Origin: Spirogloea muscicola
Taxonomy: Eukaryota
Reading direction: 5' to 3'
NCBI GenBank assembly: GCA_009602725.1
Contig: WELB01000014.1
Location: 796,561 to 845,884 of the forward strand
DNA length: 49,324 nt
The position numbers and the translations under genes are program-made. Shown piece after piece: positions 38,401 through 49,324 of this stretch. The number at the start of each line of letters is the position of its first letter. Within the stretch, counting starts at the first letter, position 1. A model generated the notes under the pieces. It was not told the DNA's origin. It saw only the letters and a program-made list of their open reading frames with translations, and made no database searches.

Positions 38401-41400
38401 CCGCCAGGTCCCCACCCGACCCGGAAGGAGCGGCCGAGAAACAGCCCAAGGTCTGTCACCACGCTCGACCGGCCTTCTGTCACCGACGGCACAGTCGCTG
38501 CCACGAAGCCTGCGGAGGGTTGCAACCGCTGCCTCTTGGCCTGCGCCAGCTGCTCCCTTGGTCTATGGATGTCTTCAATCGTGTTAGAAGGAGGAGCCAG
38601 GAGGCTGCGCTCCCTCCACGGAGACGGGCTGAGCTTGTCCATCCCCTCCATGACCTCCCACTGTGTGACATGCTCCTTCGACTTGGCAGTGCCCCTCGAC
38701 CCACCAACACTCATCTGTCGCGATTGAGCTTTGGTGGTCAACTCTGCACGGCCACTTTGTCCGCTTGACTGCTCCTCTACTGTGCCGGTTTCACCATCTG
38801 CGGAGAAGAGCAGGCGGCGCATCTGCGCTATCCGCTGGGGGTCGAGGGCGAGCCGAGCCGGCAATGCATGCACCAACTCCGCACCACCCGTGTCGTCCAT
38901 CGACAACTCTGCCACGCCAACCGGGATGAGGGCCTCCTCATCTCTGGGCGAGCCAGTAGGCTCGTTGCCGTCATCATCGCCGCCACCATCATCGTCGTCT
39001 GACGTGTTCAGGCCATATCGGCTGAAGTGGTCGACTTGGAAGACCCACTCGCCTTTCTCCGGCGAGTACGACAAAAATTTGGCCCCCTGCTCTCCTGTCT
39101 TCCGGATGAGCTTCTTCACGAACGACTCCAGCTGGGGCCCTGACTTGACGTGCTCGCCAGTAGCCCTGTCCACGCAGTGGACCTGGAGTAGAGCCACCTC
39201 GGCCGCTTTGTTCAGCTCGTCTCCCACAGGTGGCTTGGCGGCCTCGTCCATGTACACCAGCACCTCGCACTTGTTGAACTGCACTATGGCTTCAAGATCT
39301 AAGCCCCTCACATCAGTCTCCCCGAGAAACTTGATGTGGCCGTATCCTCGCCGACCCACCACAAAGTTGGGCACGCGGCTGCAGTATCCTGGATCTGCCC
39401 TCTCCTTGGCAGCAAGCTCTGAGAGCCTTGGTTGCGTGAAGTACTCCTCGCTAATAAGGCTTGGCAGTGCCGTCCTCTGTCTGCCGTCCTCTGCCACCTG
39501 AGTACCCTTGCCACCGCTGAAGGCCTCATCGCCCCTACGACTTGTTCCTGGCTCCTCACTGTCGTCACCCTCCACAGACCTCAGATTGGCGCCCTCTTCC
39601 TTGTCCAGGTTGCCATTCATATGATCTTGCTGGCGACCAGTGCCTTCACTCCCATGGTCATGACTGACAGCGTCTGTAGTCCGTGCCGGACGACCCTCCT
39701 GCTGCTTCTGCGGGCTCTTCTCTGCCTCCCCATTGGCAGCTGAGGGAGCTTGCGAATCTGTGGGCTGCCCCTTCTCGGCCTCTGCTCTCCTGCTACTCTC
39801 CCCTCTACTTGCTCTTCTCCTGGCACGATCATCCCCTTCAGCATGATTGGCCGCTTCGGCCAAGGACCTCTCCTTTTCCTTAGCATTGCCTATTACAGTC
39901 CACCTTCAGAGGTAAGACTGAGGCTATCCCTACCCTCCTGCAGCAGAACTGCTGGGCAATAATTGCACGACAGATACTCAAAGCTGAAGCAATGTCATCC
40001 CCACAAAATACCTGCTGGCTCTAGTACTGCTGAAGCATTACTACACCTTCACATGCAAGTAAAGCAGCCTCATTGCACAAACTGGTCTCAGGCTACCCAG
40101 CCACTGAATTCTTGTCGTCAGTCATGCTCTAAGCAACGCCATATCGTGCATCTAAAGATCCAGCAAAGCCTGCTCCATTGAAACATTCTTACACACGCTC
40201 TCTCAAGAGGAGCCAGTAGCCTACTGGACAGACTTCTCCGTTCTCTCACCATTCGGCTGTGGCGACGCGCGCGGTGAAGCTTTGGGAGGTCCAGGCTGGC
40301 GAATGAAGAGTGCCCGAGGCTTCTCCCTGGGCACAAACGCCACATCGGCCTTGGGCGCACCTGCTGACATGTCTTCGCCTTCGCTGAAGAAGGAAACCTA
40401 TGGCAGCACCAGAAGGCAAGAGGCTAAGCTTTCAACTACCACAGAACAGACGGTTCTCCAGTATGCATTCTGCAGTGAGTAAGTGATGGGAAACATTGAA
40501 ATCGATAACCGCCGCGTTGCATGCTATTCTGGTCTCTACTTTGCATCGAGCATTCTGGGAGAACTGACAACCAACCTTTGGGAGGTTACTTTTGGACTGC
40601 TGCCGCCGTGCATGGACTCGGACGTTAGACCTGGTTGTGACATGCCTAGGCGTGAGCAGTGACGACGTCCTCATTGTCGCAACTTTGTCAGTGACCTGCA
40701 AAGGTCGAGCATGCACTGCACTTAGAAGCGACCCTCTGTATCAAATTATGATCTATACAATCTGCATGTTGTAACTTATTCCACATTCTGTTATCCACAC
40801 AATCCGCATCTGTACTGAATGAAGTTATCCCACAATATAGCTGCCAGAGATAACAGCAAGATCCTGCAATATTTAAGGTCCAAAGCTGTTGCTAGGCAAA
40901 ACCAGGATACATGAAGACTGCAGACATCCATGAAGATGAATTCTGTTGTGGTGCAGTTGCTAAAGTAGGTCAATTGCAATGTCGTATAGCAATGGCTGCA
41001 TGCACAAACTCATCCAGCTCTAGTATGACATCAGGGTGCAACTTAACTGGTAGACTGGAGATGCCATACTGCGTGGGGCTTCGACTGGTCAGCGCAAGTT
41101 GCGGCATGGCTGGCAGGGTGCCAAATGGCGTAGCCACAGGCGGAGGCGTGCCAGCAAATAGACCGGTTTGAACTGCAGGCCTGCATGGAGCATGGTGTCA
41201 AATTACTGCGCAACCACAAGTAGTTCCAAATATCAGAGCCCTACCTTATCAAAGAGAGTAGTCATTTTACAAATGCCAAGAAGACTCTAAGTTGACAGAT
41301 GCTAGGATCGCAAAGAGAGCACCAGTCCTCCCATTCCTGCAGTCTCTGACATGATGGCACATCCAAAGATGCAGTGCTGGACGACGCAGTTGAAATCAAG

Positions 41401-44185
41401 CAGCTCACTGAGTTGAGAAGGATGGCATCCCAAAAGATGGAGTTGGTGACGTGCCAAAGATGTTAAAGTTGCTGCCTGCACAAGGTAATACTCAAGTCAG
41501 CTTATCATTGACGACATGTCTGCGATGAAGGTCGCAATCAATTCAGCTCATGAGATGAACACCAGTCTCATCTGCTTAAACAAAATGGTCGTACTTGGCT
41601 GGCTCTGCCCAAAATTGGCAAAACTGAAGGTGCTGCCAGTGGATGGTGCAGTAGCTCCAAAATTAGCAAATGTTGGAGTGGCCTGCAAGGTAAAAGCACA
41701 CTAACTGTAAAAGGACAAACCTTGGGTGATGCAACACCCGCCTGCCCTGAGCATACACTTCCTAGTTACCAGAATTTCGGCCATATGTTTACTTTCAGAC
41801 CTTAGTGTGCAGCCATATTTGGCAGGCTCAAGAATGTAGTATTGTGATCAACGAGGACGTCAAAGACCCAGGTTATCCAAGCCGTAGCAAGCTCACCGAG
41901 GACTGACCCAAACCGCCAGGCTTGGTCATGGCCCCAAAGGCACCAAAGGACGATGCCGCGCCTGTGTTGCCAAAGAGGGAAGAGCTGAACGGTGAAGAGC
42001 TTGAGGGAGCCCCGAATGCTGGCGCGCTTGCTCCAAAAGCAGAGGGCTGTGAGGCGCCTCCAAGCCCAAAACTGCCAAACGTGGGCGCCGGTGCAGAGGG
42101 CAAGCTCATGTTGCCGAAGATGGAATTGGTCGTGGTGCCAAAGGGCGAAGACGATGGCGACGACGAGGGGAAGGCTGACGTCGACCCAAAGGCTGGAGTG
42201 GAGCTGCCAAAAGCCCCGCCACCAAATGTGGACGTTGTGCTGCTGCCAAAGATTGATGGCGTGGAAGTTGGGGCCCCAAATGCCGATGTGCTACCAAAGG
42301 GCGTGCTGGTGCTCCCGAAAGCGGGGGTCGTGGATGCTCCGAAAGCAGGTGTGCTTATGCTGCCAAAGGTGGGAGCCGAAGCACCAAACGGCGAGGGGGT
42401 CGTTGACCCAAATGCAGAGGTGCTGCTGAAAGGTGGCATGGTCGAAGGGGCGCCGAACGCTGGTGTGGTGGAGGATCCAAACAGCGACGACGAACTGGCG
42501 GTGGCGCCGAAGGGGTTGGGCGGCGCTGCCGTTGCCCCAAATTGAAGCGCAGTCCCGAACGGGCTCGCCTGCGGCTGGCCAAAGAGGCCGCCCCCTGCTG
42601 GCGCCTGGCCCATGGGGTTGGGGCCACCTGCAGCATTCACCAGCCGCTGTCGGTCATGGCCATGGTACATGAATGAGGTGCAAAGTCATGCCCCAGACAT
42701 GAGCCAACTGAGGCAAGACAGCGCTTGCCTGTCACTTTGTCTATTTGCATCAAATCCAGAAGCATTAGACTCCAGAATCAGGGAGGAGTGTGCACGTTGT
42801 GTGTGCAACACTAGGGCCCTGTGCGCCCTCACATCGTGCTTGCAACGGGCAGCACAAAAACAGGATGCAATCAACCAATTGTGGAAGAGAAGACAGATAA
42901 CCAACAAATGGCTGGTCCAGGATGCTCGCTTACCCTTGTCACTGGCCTGATAGTCCTCCCAGCGCAGCTCCTCGGGGCTCTTGAGCTTGTAAGCGGGCAT
43001 GGCGGAGATGGAGATGAACTTGCCGGCCTGCGCGCCGGTGCCAGAGTCTGCATCGTTGGTTGTTGCGTACAGCTGCGCACGGCTGCCCGGCCGCCCCGTC
43101 CCACCGAATGGGACCGCTCCAAACGAAGTTGTCCCAAAAGCCGATGTGGCTGCGCTCCCTGTATTGACCCAGTAGAGGTGAAGCCATTGAGACTGTCGTG
43201 TCAAGCACATCACAGATCTGAGAACACGATAACCTTAACAATACCAATTGAACAGAAGACATAAAGTCCAACTAGTCCTAGGTTGGTCGCCTGCAAAGGA
43301 TGGTGGTCGCCAGACCCTACCGAATGCCGGCGTGCTCTGCTGGCCAAAGGGCGAAGTCGTAGAGGCACCCCCGCCGAAGACGGACGTGGTGCCAAAGATA
43401 GGCGCCGCAACCGAGGAGGAGGTAGCTCCGAACGCACCGAAAGCGGGCACAGCGGAGCTTGCCGGCGTTCCAAACGCCGATGGTGCCCCGCCCGGGGATC
43501 CTCCAAAAGACTGCTGAGGCGATCCGAAGCTGGTCGTCCCTGTGCCGAAGGCCGGGGTCTGCACCGTCGCTCCAAAGGCGGGCGCAGCACCGAAGGGGTT
43601 GGCCGCTGGCGGCGCAGCGCCAAATCCCGGCGTCTGAGAAGCAAATGCGGGCGTTCCGGACGCGCCGAATGCAGGTACGCCAGTGCCGCCGAAGAGGGAG
43701 GTGCCGGCGCCTGGCTGCTGCGCGACCTGCCCGAACGGCGTGACGCTGGCCCCGCCGCCGAACGGGTTGGCGGTCTGCTGGCTGGCGGCGAACGGGTTGG
43801 CCGACGTCGACGTCCCGAACGCGCTCGACGACGCCCCAAAGGCTGCACGAGAGCACATGTCATTCTGCTCAGGCATGGGCCTTGACCTAAGTTTCAGTAA
43901 AGAGGAGCGAGCTGTCAGAGCGCAGGTGCGCCAAGGGACAGCATTATGCACGCGGTATGAAAGCAGCTACAGCGACGGAGAGGGTGGCTTGCAGAAGAAG
44001 CGAGCCGGCGAGCCATGGCGGCGGTGACGAGAAATCGCCGAGCAGGGCGGAGCAGGGAGGCGGCAGGGCGAAGGGGTCAGGACGAGGATCGCCAAGCAGG
44101 GCGGGGGAACGAGGCGCCGGGACGAGAGAGGAGAGGCCTGGCGGCAGCGACGGAGAGGCTCACGGCTGGCTGCCGCGCCGAACAT
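35481..44185 (-). CDS. NUP98: Fused nucleoporin NUP98-NUP96 precursor, multi-exon
   Basis: MFG start, many FG repeats and a GLEBS motif ([22 protein letters not shown]). Plant Nup98 motifs QYGISSLP and [16 protein letters not shown]. Peptidase S59 domain ending [10 protein letters not shown] (39021-39029), then Nup96 motifs ([37 protein letters not shown]). Stop at 35481. Confidence 0.95.
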
Positions 44186-44536
44186 GGCGCCGCCGGCCTG
44201 GCCCGGCCCGGCCGCGGCGGACTCAGCCCGGCCCGCGGCGGGCCATGACGACGGCGGCCGCGCGAAGACGAGGCAATGACGTCGCCGCGCGCCTTAGCGT
44301 CCGCAGGCGGCGGCGGCGGCGGCAGCGGCGAGGGCAAGCCCGGGCGTGCTGCGAGGCGGGAGGCTGAGGGCAGTGTGTAGGAAGCCCTAACTTGTGCTCT
44401 GCTTACCTACAGACAAACTAGCGGGAGGCGCCTGGCTGAGCCAGCGGCAAGTTAGCGGGCGCCTATAGGGAGCAGCGCCGTTATGTGCCTCCCGTTTACA
44501 TCTATATCTTGTGTGTGGCCGGCGAAGGCGTTGCTT

Positions 44537-44609
44537 GCTGACTTAGCTCAGTCGGTAGAGCGCGTGGCTTTTAACCACGTGGTCACGGGTTCAAGTCCCG
44601 TAGTCAGCG
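44537..44609 (+). tRNA. tRNA-Lys(UUU), nuclear type, intronless
   Basis: Acceptor stem GCTGACT/AGTCAGC, A-box TAGCTCAGTCGGTAGAGC, anticodon arm CGTGG-CTTTTAA-CCACG (TTT at 44570-44572), T-loop GGTTCAAGTCC. No encoded CCA. Confidence 0.96.
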
Positions 44610-44888
44610 CAGGGCTGGGCGTCTGCAGTTGTCGCCGGGGCTGCCGACGGCGCAGCGCCCATTGCGCCAACGTTGCTGCGCCGGCTCTCGAGTCGTCACC
44701 ACCGCAGCTGCTCCGGCTTTTCTATGTACCGTCATTTTCTTGTCCACGATAATTTTAACCGTGTTGCCATCACAAGCACCTCGACCATCAGTGCTGAGTT
44801 TACTGTGTTGCCATCCTCGCTCCTTGCCGATGGGTTTTCCATCTATGTGGAAGCTGTCATATATACAAATTTATCACTTGCGCATCCC

Positions 44889-45224
44889 GGGTCTTTCGGA
44901 ACTTGTTCAGTCCTCCCTTTGAGCTGGCCTTCACAGCCACCGCCTTACTACGGAAGAGCTGTTCCTACTCTGCAGATCCTTGTCTTATCTTTCGGGCCGG
45001 CCCTTCCGACCCTTCTAATCACAGTCTCCGTGCGTTGTCACGGCTCTGCAACAGTCAAGATGTTTACCAGACCATTTCATACAGCCGCCTGACGAAAAAT
45101 CTCCCTCTCCGATCTGCTCTCATGAACTCTCATGAACTTACAAGTGGAAGGACTCTTCCAGGAGAGGGCAATGGCTGTGATTGGCCAGCCCAGGAAAAAG
45201 GATAACCAAAGTATGGAGAGGCCA
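44889..45224. repeat. Cluster 5 of the dispersed motif (44889-44959+, 44975-45012+, 45151-45224-); outer copies are inverted
   Basis: gagctggccttcacagccaccgcc..ggaagagc versus the reverse complement gggctggccaatcacagccattgccctctcctggaagagt. Confidence 0.75.
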
Positions 45225-45513
45225 CCAAGGATCAAAGCACACACCAAAAAGGTACCTCATGTCATCTGGCCGCTCTGCAGCCCGATCGATTGCAGTGAAA
45301 GTGGTCTAGCATTTGTACTGTTGTTACAGGTGAGCGTGGCTGCTCTTTGAAAAACATTGTAGTATAGTCCAGCATTGCCGTCATTGTCAAAGGCCTTGTC
45401 CCTCTCCCTGTGTAGATCAGCCTGAGTTGGGCTGGAGGTGTACGGCACTCTGCCAGCCGTTCAACAGTCGTCACACATATCGCCCAATGGACGGGCTGCC
45501 AATGCCCGTCATC

Positions 45514-48500
45514 TCAGCACTTGTTATGGCGGCAATGGCTGAAGCACAAACCGAAGGCCAGGCTGCCATATCCAAGCTCCCAGCAACACTGCTGGCATTC
45601 GACGAGGTAGTCCTGGCACGAGTAAGTGATGGGTGGGTAGGGCGGGTAGCCACATGTCGGCGCATACTGGGCAAACGCCCAGCAGTAGTTCGGTACGACA
45701 TATGCAATATCGTTCATGGCGCCGAAGCACCGGCCCTCGCAGGCGATGGCGCATGCATTGCAGTTGCCGAAACGGTCTGCCGGAATAATGGGCGTCGCAT
45801 AATTGCAGATGGCATCACATAGTGAGCTGTAGGACTTGCCGTTGTAGCCACACACCCTGGTACCAGCAGCGCAACCGCAGTAACGGCTGACGCCTGGCCA
45901 CTTGCAGGGGATCTGCACCACGGAGAGTCGAACATTCATCAGCACCGTCATGTGCAAAGGATGAATGATTCTTTACCATGGTGCAGTCAACACCTCAGCA
46001 TGTCTGTGTCAGACACTCCTGCGATTGCTCATATGATGACATACTTAGTTCGTTCCAAATACTTGACAATTTGACATAACGGTAGTGAAGCTGCTACCAG
46101 GTTGACACGCTTCCAACAAAACCTGGTGAAGACAGATGCTGACCTGCAAGGTGGTGTTGGCAGCAAGGGCCTCGCAGTTGTGCAGGCGGTTGTACCAGCA
46201 GATGTTGGAGGGCGATGCCTCAGCGCCGCACTCATCATGCACCGTCGCAGCGATACGGGTGAGAGTATCGCCCTCAGCGACCAGGTATGGCCGCAGATTG
46301 ATGTAGTCGGACGAAAGCGGGGGGCTGATGCACAATGCCTGCCCAACCTGCAGGCCCGGCCAGTCGCACTGCAGGCCAGGGTTGAGGTGCCGCAGCTGCA
46401 CATGGGTCAGGCCGGCAGCCGAAGCAATCACCGCACACGTGTCGCCTGCCTTCACCCGGTAGATGCTGGAGCAGTTGAGGGCAGACACGCCACTGGCGAA
46501 TGGGCTGATGCACACAGAGATGCGCGGCGGAAGTGGGGCGCTGCTAAGGCTGCAGTCGAGCCCTGGATTGAGCTCCGCAAGGTCGGCAATGGTGATGCTG
46601 AGTTTGCGTGCGATGCAGTCGCAGGTCCGGCAGCCGTCCTCCGTCTCCACCACCGCACCGCAGCGGCCCACATGATCGCTCACCGTTGTTAGCCTTGCAG
46701 CCAAACGCTGGACGCAGATTTGCTGGCCAGCATGGAGTTTGGAGCAGTCCACTAGTGGGTTTGCCTTCCGGAACTCAGCGGCGGCAATGGCATGAGCTGT
46801 CTGGATGCTTGCACATGAGTCGCCGTCCTTCACATGGTACAGTGACGAGCATAGGATGCTCTGATTCTCCCCGTCAGCCACTATCAGGGTGTGTCCTGCA
46901 TGCAGAGCAATAGCCCAGGAGCAAGTGCTGCATTCAAATCGATGAAGAGTGTGACAAATGCAGGACATGGATTCTTGTCTTAGTAAGCAGGACAACATGG
47001 TGCAATGTTGCGAAGTCGTTGAGGAGAGCTACCTGCCAATGGAGCGGTGCAGTCCAGCCCAGGGTTGAACGCAAGGAGCTTGGACAAGGTAAGCCCGTAC
47101 GCCTGCGCGACATGGCCGCAGGAGTGGCTGCTGCCGGGCAGAACAATGGCGGGCGATCCACCACCTCCACCGCGGTGGACGCAGGTGGGGTGGCCGTCGG
47201 CCCTCACGCCGATGACAGCTGCGGCAGTGCACTTGCAGGTGTAGCTGCCGTCGAGGCCGTCAGCGCAGACGCCCGGCCCACACGGGCTCGGATTCTGGCT
47301 GCAGGGCGAGGCAGGCACGCACTTCGGCGCGGCCGGCACTGCAGTGTTCAGCACATAATCTTCGGGGCATTGGCAGCTGTAGCCGCCACTGGGGCCGCCG
47401 AGGGTCCGGCAGGCGCCACTGCCACATGGGTTTGGCAGGGCGCTGCAGGCGTTGACGTCGTCATTGATAGGCACCAGGGGGCTGTGCCCCAGCAGGCCGC
47501 AGGCGCCCTTGCCGCCAGTGGCCGCCATGGCAATCTTTGCATAGCCGCCGACGCCCCACAGCAGCCCCCACGTGTTGCGGACGATCCAGTAGTCCTGGCT
47601 GGAGACGGGGTTGACGCCGTACCCAACAACCAGGACCGCATGGTTGATGCTTGTGCCGCAGGCACCGGCGTAGATGTCGCTGCTAGCCCACGACTGGAAG
47701 TCGTAAGCACTTGCATCCAGGAAGGCGACTGCAGGCTGCAGAGTGGGAGAAGGAGGCGCCGAGAATCAGTACAACATCTGTGAGACTGCGCTAGAAACTG
47801 AATCAATCTACACGTCACTCGTGCATTTACACTTTGAGCTGATATTAACACTAGTAGAAACAAACTTGTCGAACGCACTTCGAAGCTCTTGGAAAGCAAG
47901 GAAGCACAGGAGCTGCAAGTGGACCAGCCCACAGAAAGAACAAGTGGGCTTTCAATAACATTGCCTTTCAATTACAAGCAATGTGTACCGCTAGGCTTCA
48001 GCGGGGTTGGTGGCAATCGTACTGGAATGTCCCACCATGATTTTGTCTCAACAATGGGTGAAGGATTACCCATCTTCAGTCGGTTTTATGGCTGGCATAC
48101 AGACTATGTGCACAGCGTGTTCAAGAAAGGCAAGGGTGATTCAGAGCAGTGGATGCATCAACTTCTGCCAGGTATGTGCAGCAGCAGACCTGGCTCGCAA
48201 TCGCCTGCTTGAGGGCGTGCACGTCCAGTGCGGGCACGAGCTCCCAGCCAGAGATATGGGCTGTATAATTGGCGGCGCCCGCCACCTTGGCGCGGACGCA
48301 AGTCCAGCTACGAGCCGAGTAGGGGTAGTCGGCCGCGGAGTGGAGGCCGCCGCTGGTGGCGACATAGTCCAGCGCACCTTGTGGCCACCCTCCGCCGTTG
48401 CAGCAGGCATTGACGCTGCCGCTGCTCTCCCGTGCGCAGTCGCAAATTTCCTGTGCAGCAAGATCGACAGCAGGGAGGCCCGTTTGGATGGCCCGAAGCG

Positions 48501-49183
48501 CAGCGACGGCGTCAGCCACCACCAGTGCCCAGCAGCTGTCGCACTGGCCCTGGTTTTTCACCTGCCGGTGACAAGACAGGAGCGGCATGGGCCATATCGC
48601 TTGTTAGCATAAGTGCGTTGCATATTCGCCGGGAATCCAAGCCACTGCTTTCGCGCACTACGGGATTGTGTTGGAGCCGGCAATGGCGGTTGAGCATGAC
48701 AATAGCTGGACACTGCCAGGCAACCGGCTGACATTATGACCTGCAGAAGGTATACTGTGAGACCAGGAAGAGCACCCCCAACCAAGTACAATTTAAGCAG
48801 AGACACGAAGCTGGCTTACCGGAGGGAGCACGTCGGGCACGAGGCGCCAATCGACGGACACGGGCGGCCGCAACGCTGGCGTAGCGGTAGTACTTGCTGC
48901 GGGCGTGATGGGATGCGCCAGCAGCAGTGGTGGAGCCGAGGCCGGGCACGCGGATGCCCAGGCGGCGCACCGGCGCCCCGGGGTATGCGCCGTCGATCAT
49001 GCGCCGACGGGGCGCCGGAAATCCGCCGGCTGCGCGCTCCGGCGGCGGCCGCACGCCCCGGTTTGCGACGAGGACCTCGAACGCCGTCGGCTGGCCGGCG
49101 GCGGCGACGACGGGCAGGAGGGCGACGAGGAGGAGGGCCAGCGCCGCTGCAGCAGCAGCGGGAGCCCATTGCGGTGCTGCCAT
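45514..49183 (-). CDS. Secreted papain-like (C1A) cysteine protease with 2 EGF-like, about 5 LysM, Kazal-like and Cys-rich C-terminal domains
   Basis: Signal peptide; [11 protein letters not shown] (Cys 48532-48534), [11 protein letters not shown] (His 47640-47642), YWIVRNTWG (Asn 47574-47576). Exons 48561-48190, 47735-47033, 46895-46144 and 45912-45514 splice in phase. The junction from exon 1 to 48561 is unresolved. Confidence 0.88.
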
Positions 49184-49324
49184 GCCGCCTGGTAAGCTGG
49201 GAGGCTCAAGTGGCCAGGGAGAAGGCGCGAGGTGGGGGGCGGAGGAGCGAGCAGCGGGCGCTTGCGGTTACTGGCGCCAGGCTCGGGCGGCGGGGAGGAG
49301 AAGCTCCCGCGGGGAGGAGGGAGG

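Noticed and set aside
44537..44609. Functional cluster of tRNA-Lys(UUU) with mnmG and TADA
   Set aside because: The tRNA is a nuclear/cytosolic type, whereas MnmG and TADA act on organellar tRNAs; the genes are 15-38 kb away.

Overview
GC-rich, intron-dense eukaryotic nuclear DNA with plant-type orthologues, most consistent with a streptophyte green alga (inference; species not determinable). It holds 12 protein-coding genes: a partial BOI-type RING E3 ligase, MnmG/GidA, VPS2, an AAE15/16-like acyl-activating enzyme, an alpha/beta hydrolase, FKBP13, MED6, plastid-type TADA, a GIY-YIG fusion protein, a DUF309 protein, a fused NUP98-NUP96, and a secreted papain-like protease. It also holds one tRNA-Lys(UUU) and two assembly gaps. 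Highlights: (1) the protease carries 2 EGF-like, about 5 LysM and a Kazal-like domain, a candidate microbe-targeting defence enzyme; (2) a degenerate ~60-70 bp motif recurs about 13 times in five intergenic clusters, often as inverted pairs upstream of genes; (3) a ~345 bp-arm inverted repeat; (4) three consecutive GC-AG introns in mnmG. Exon models and family calls were made by hand, without database searches.
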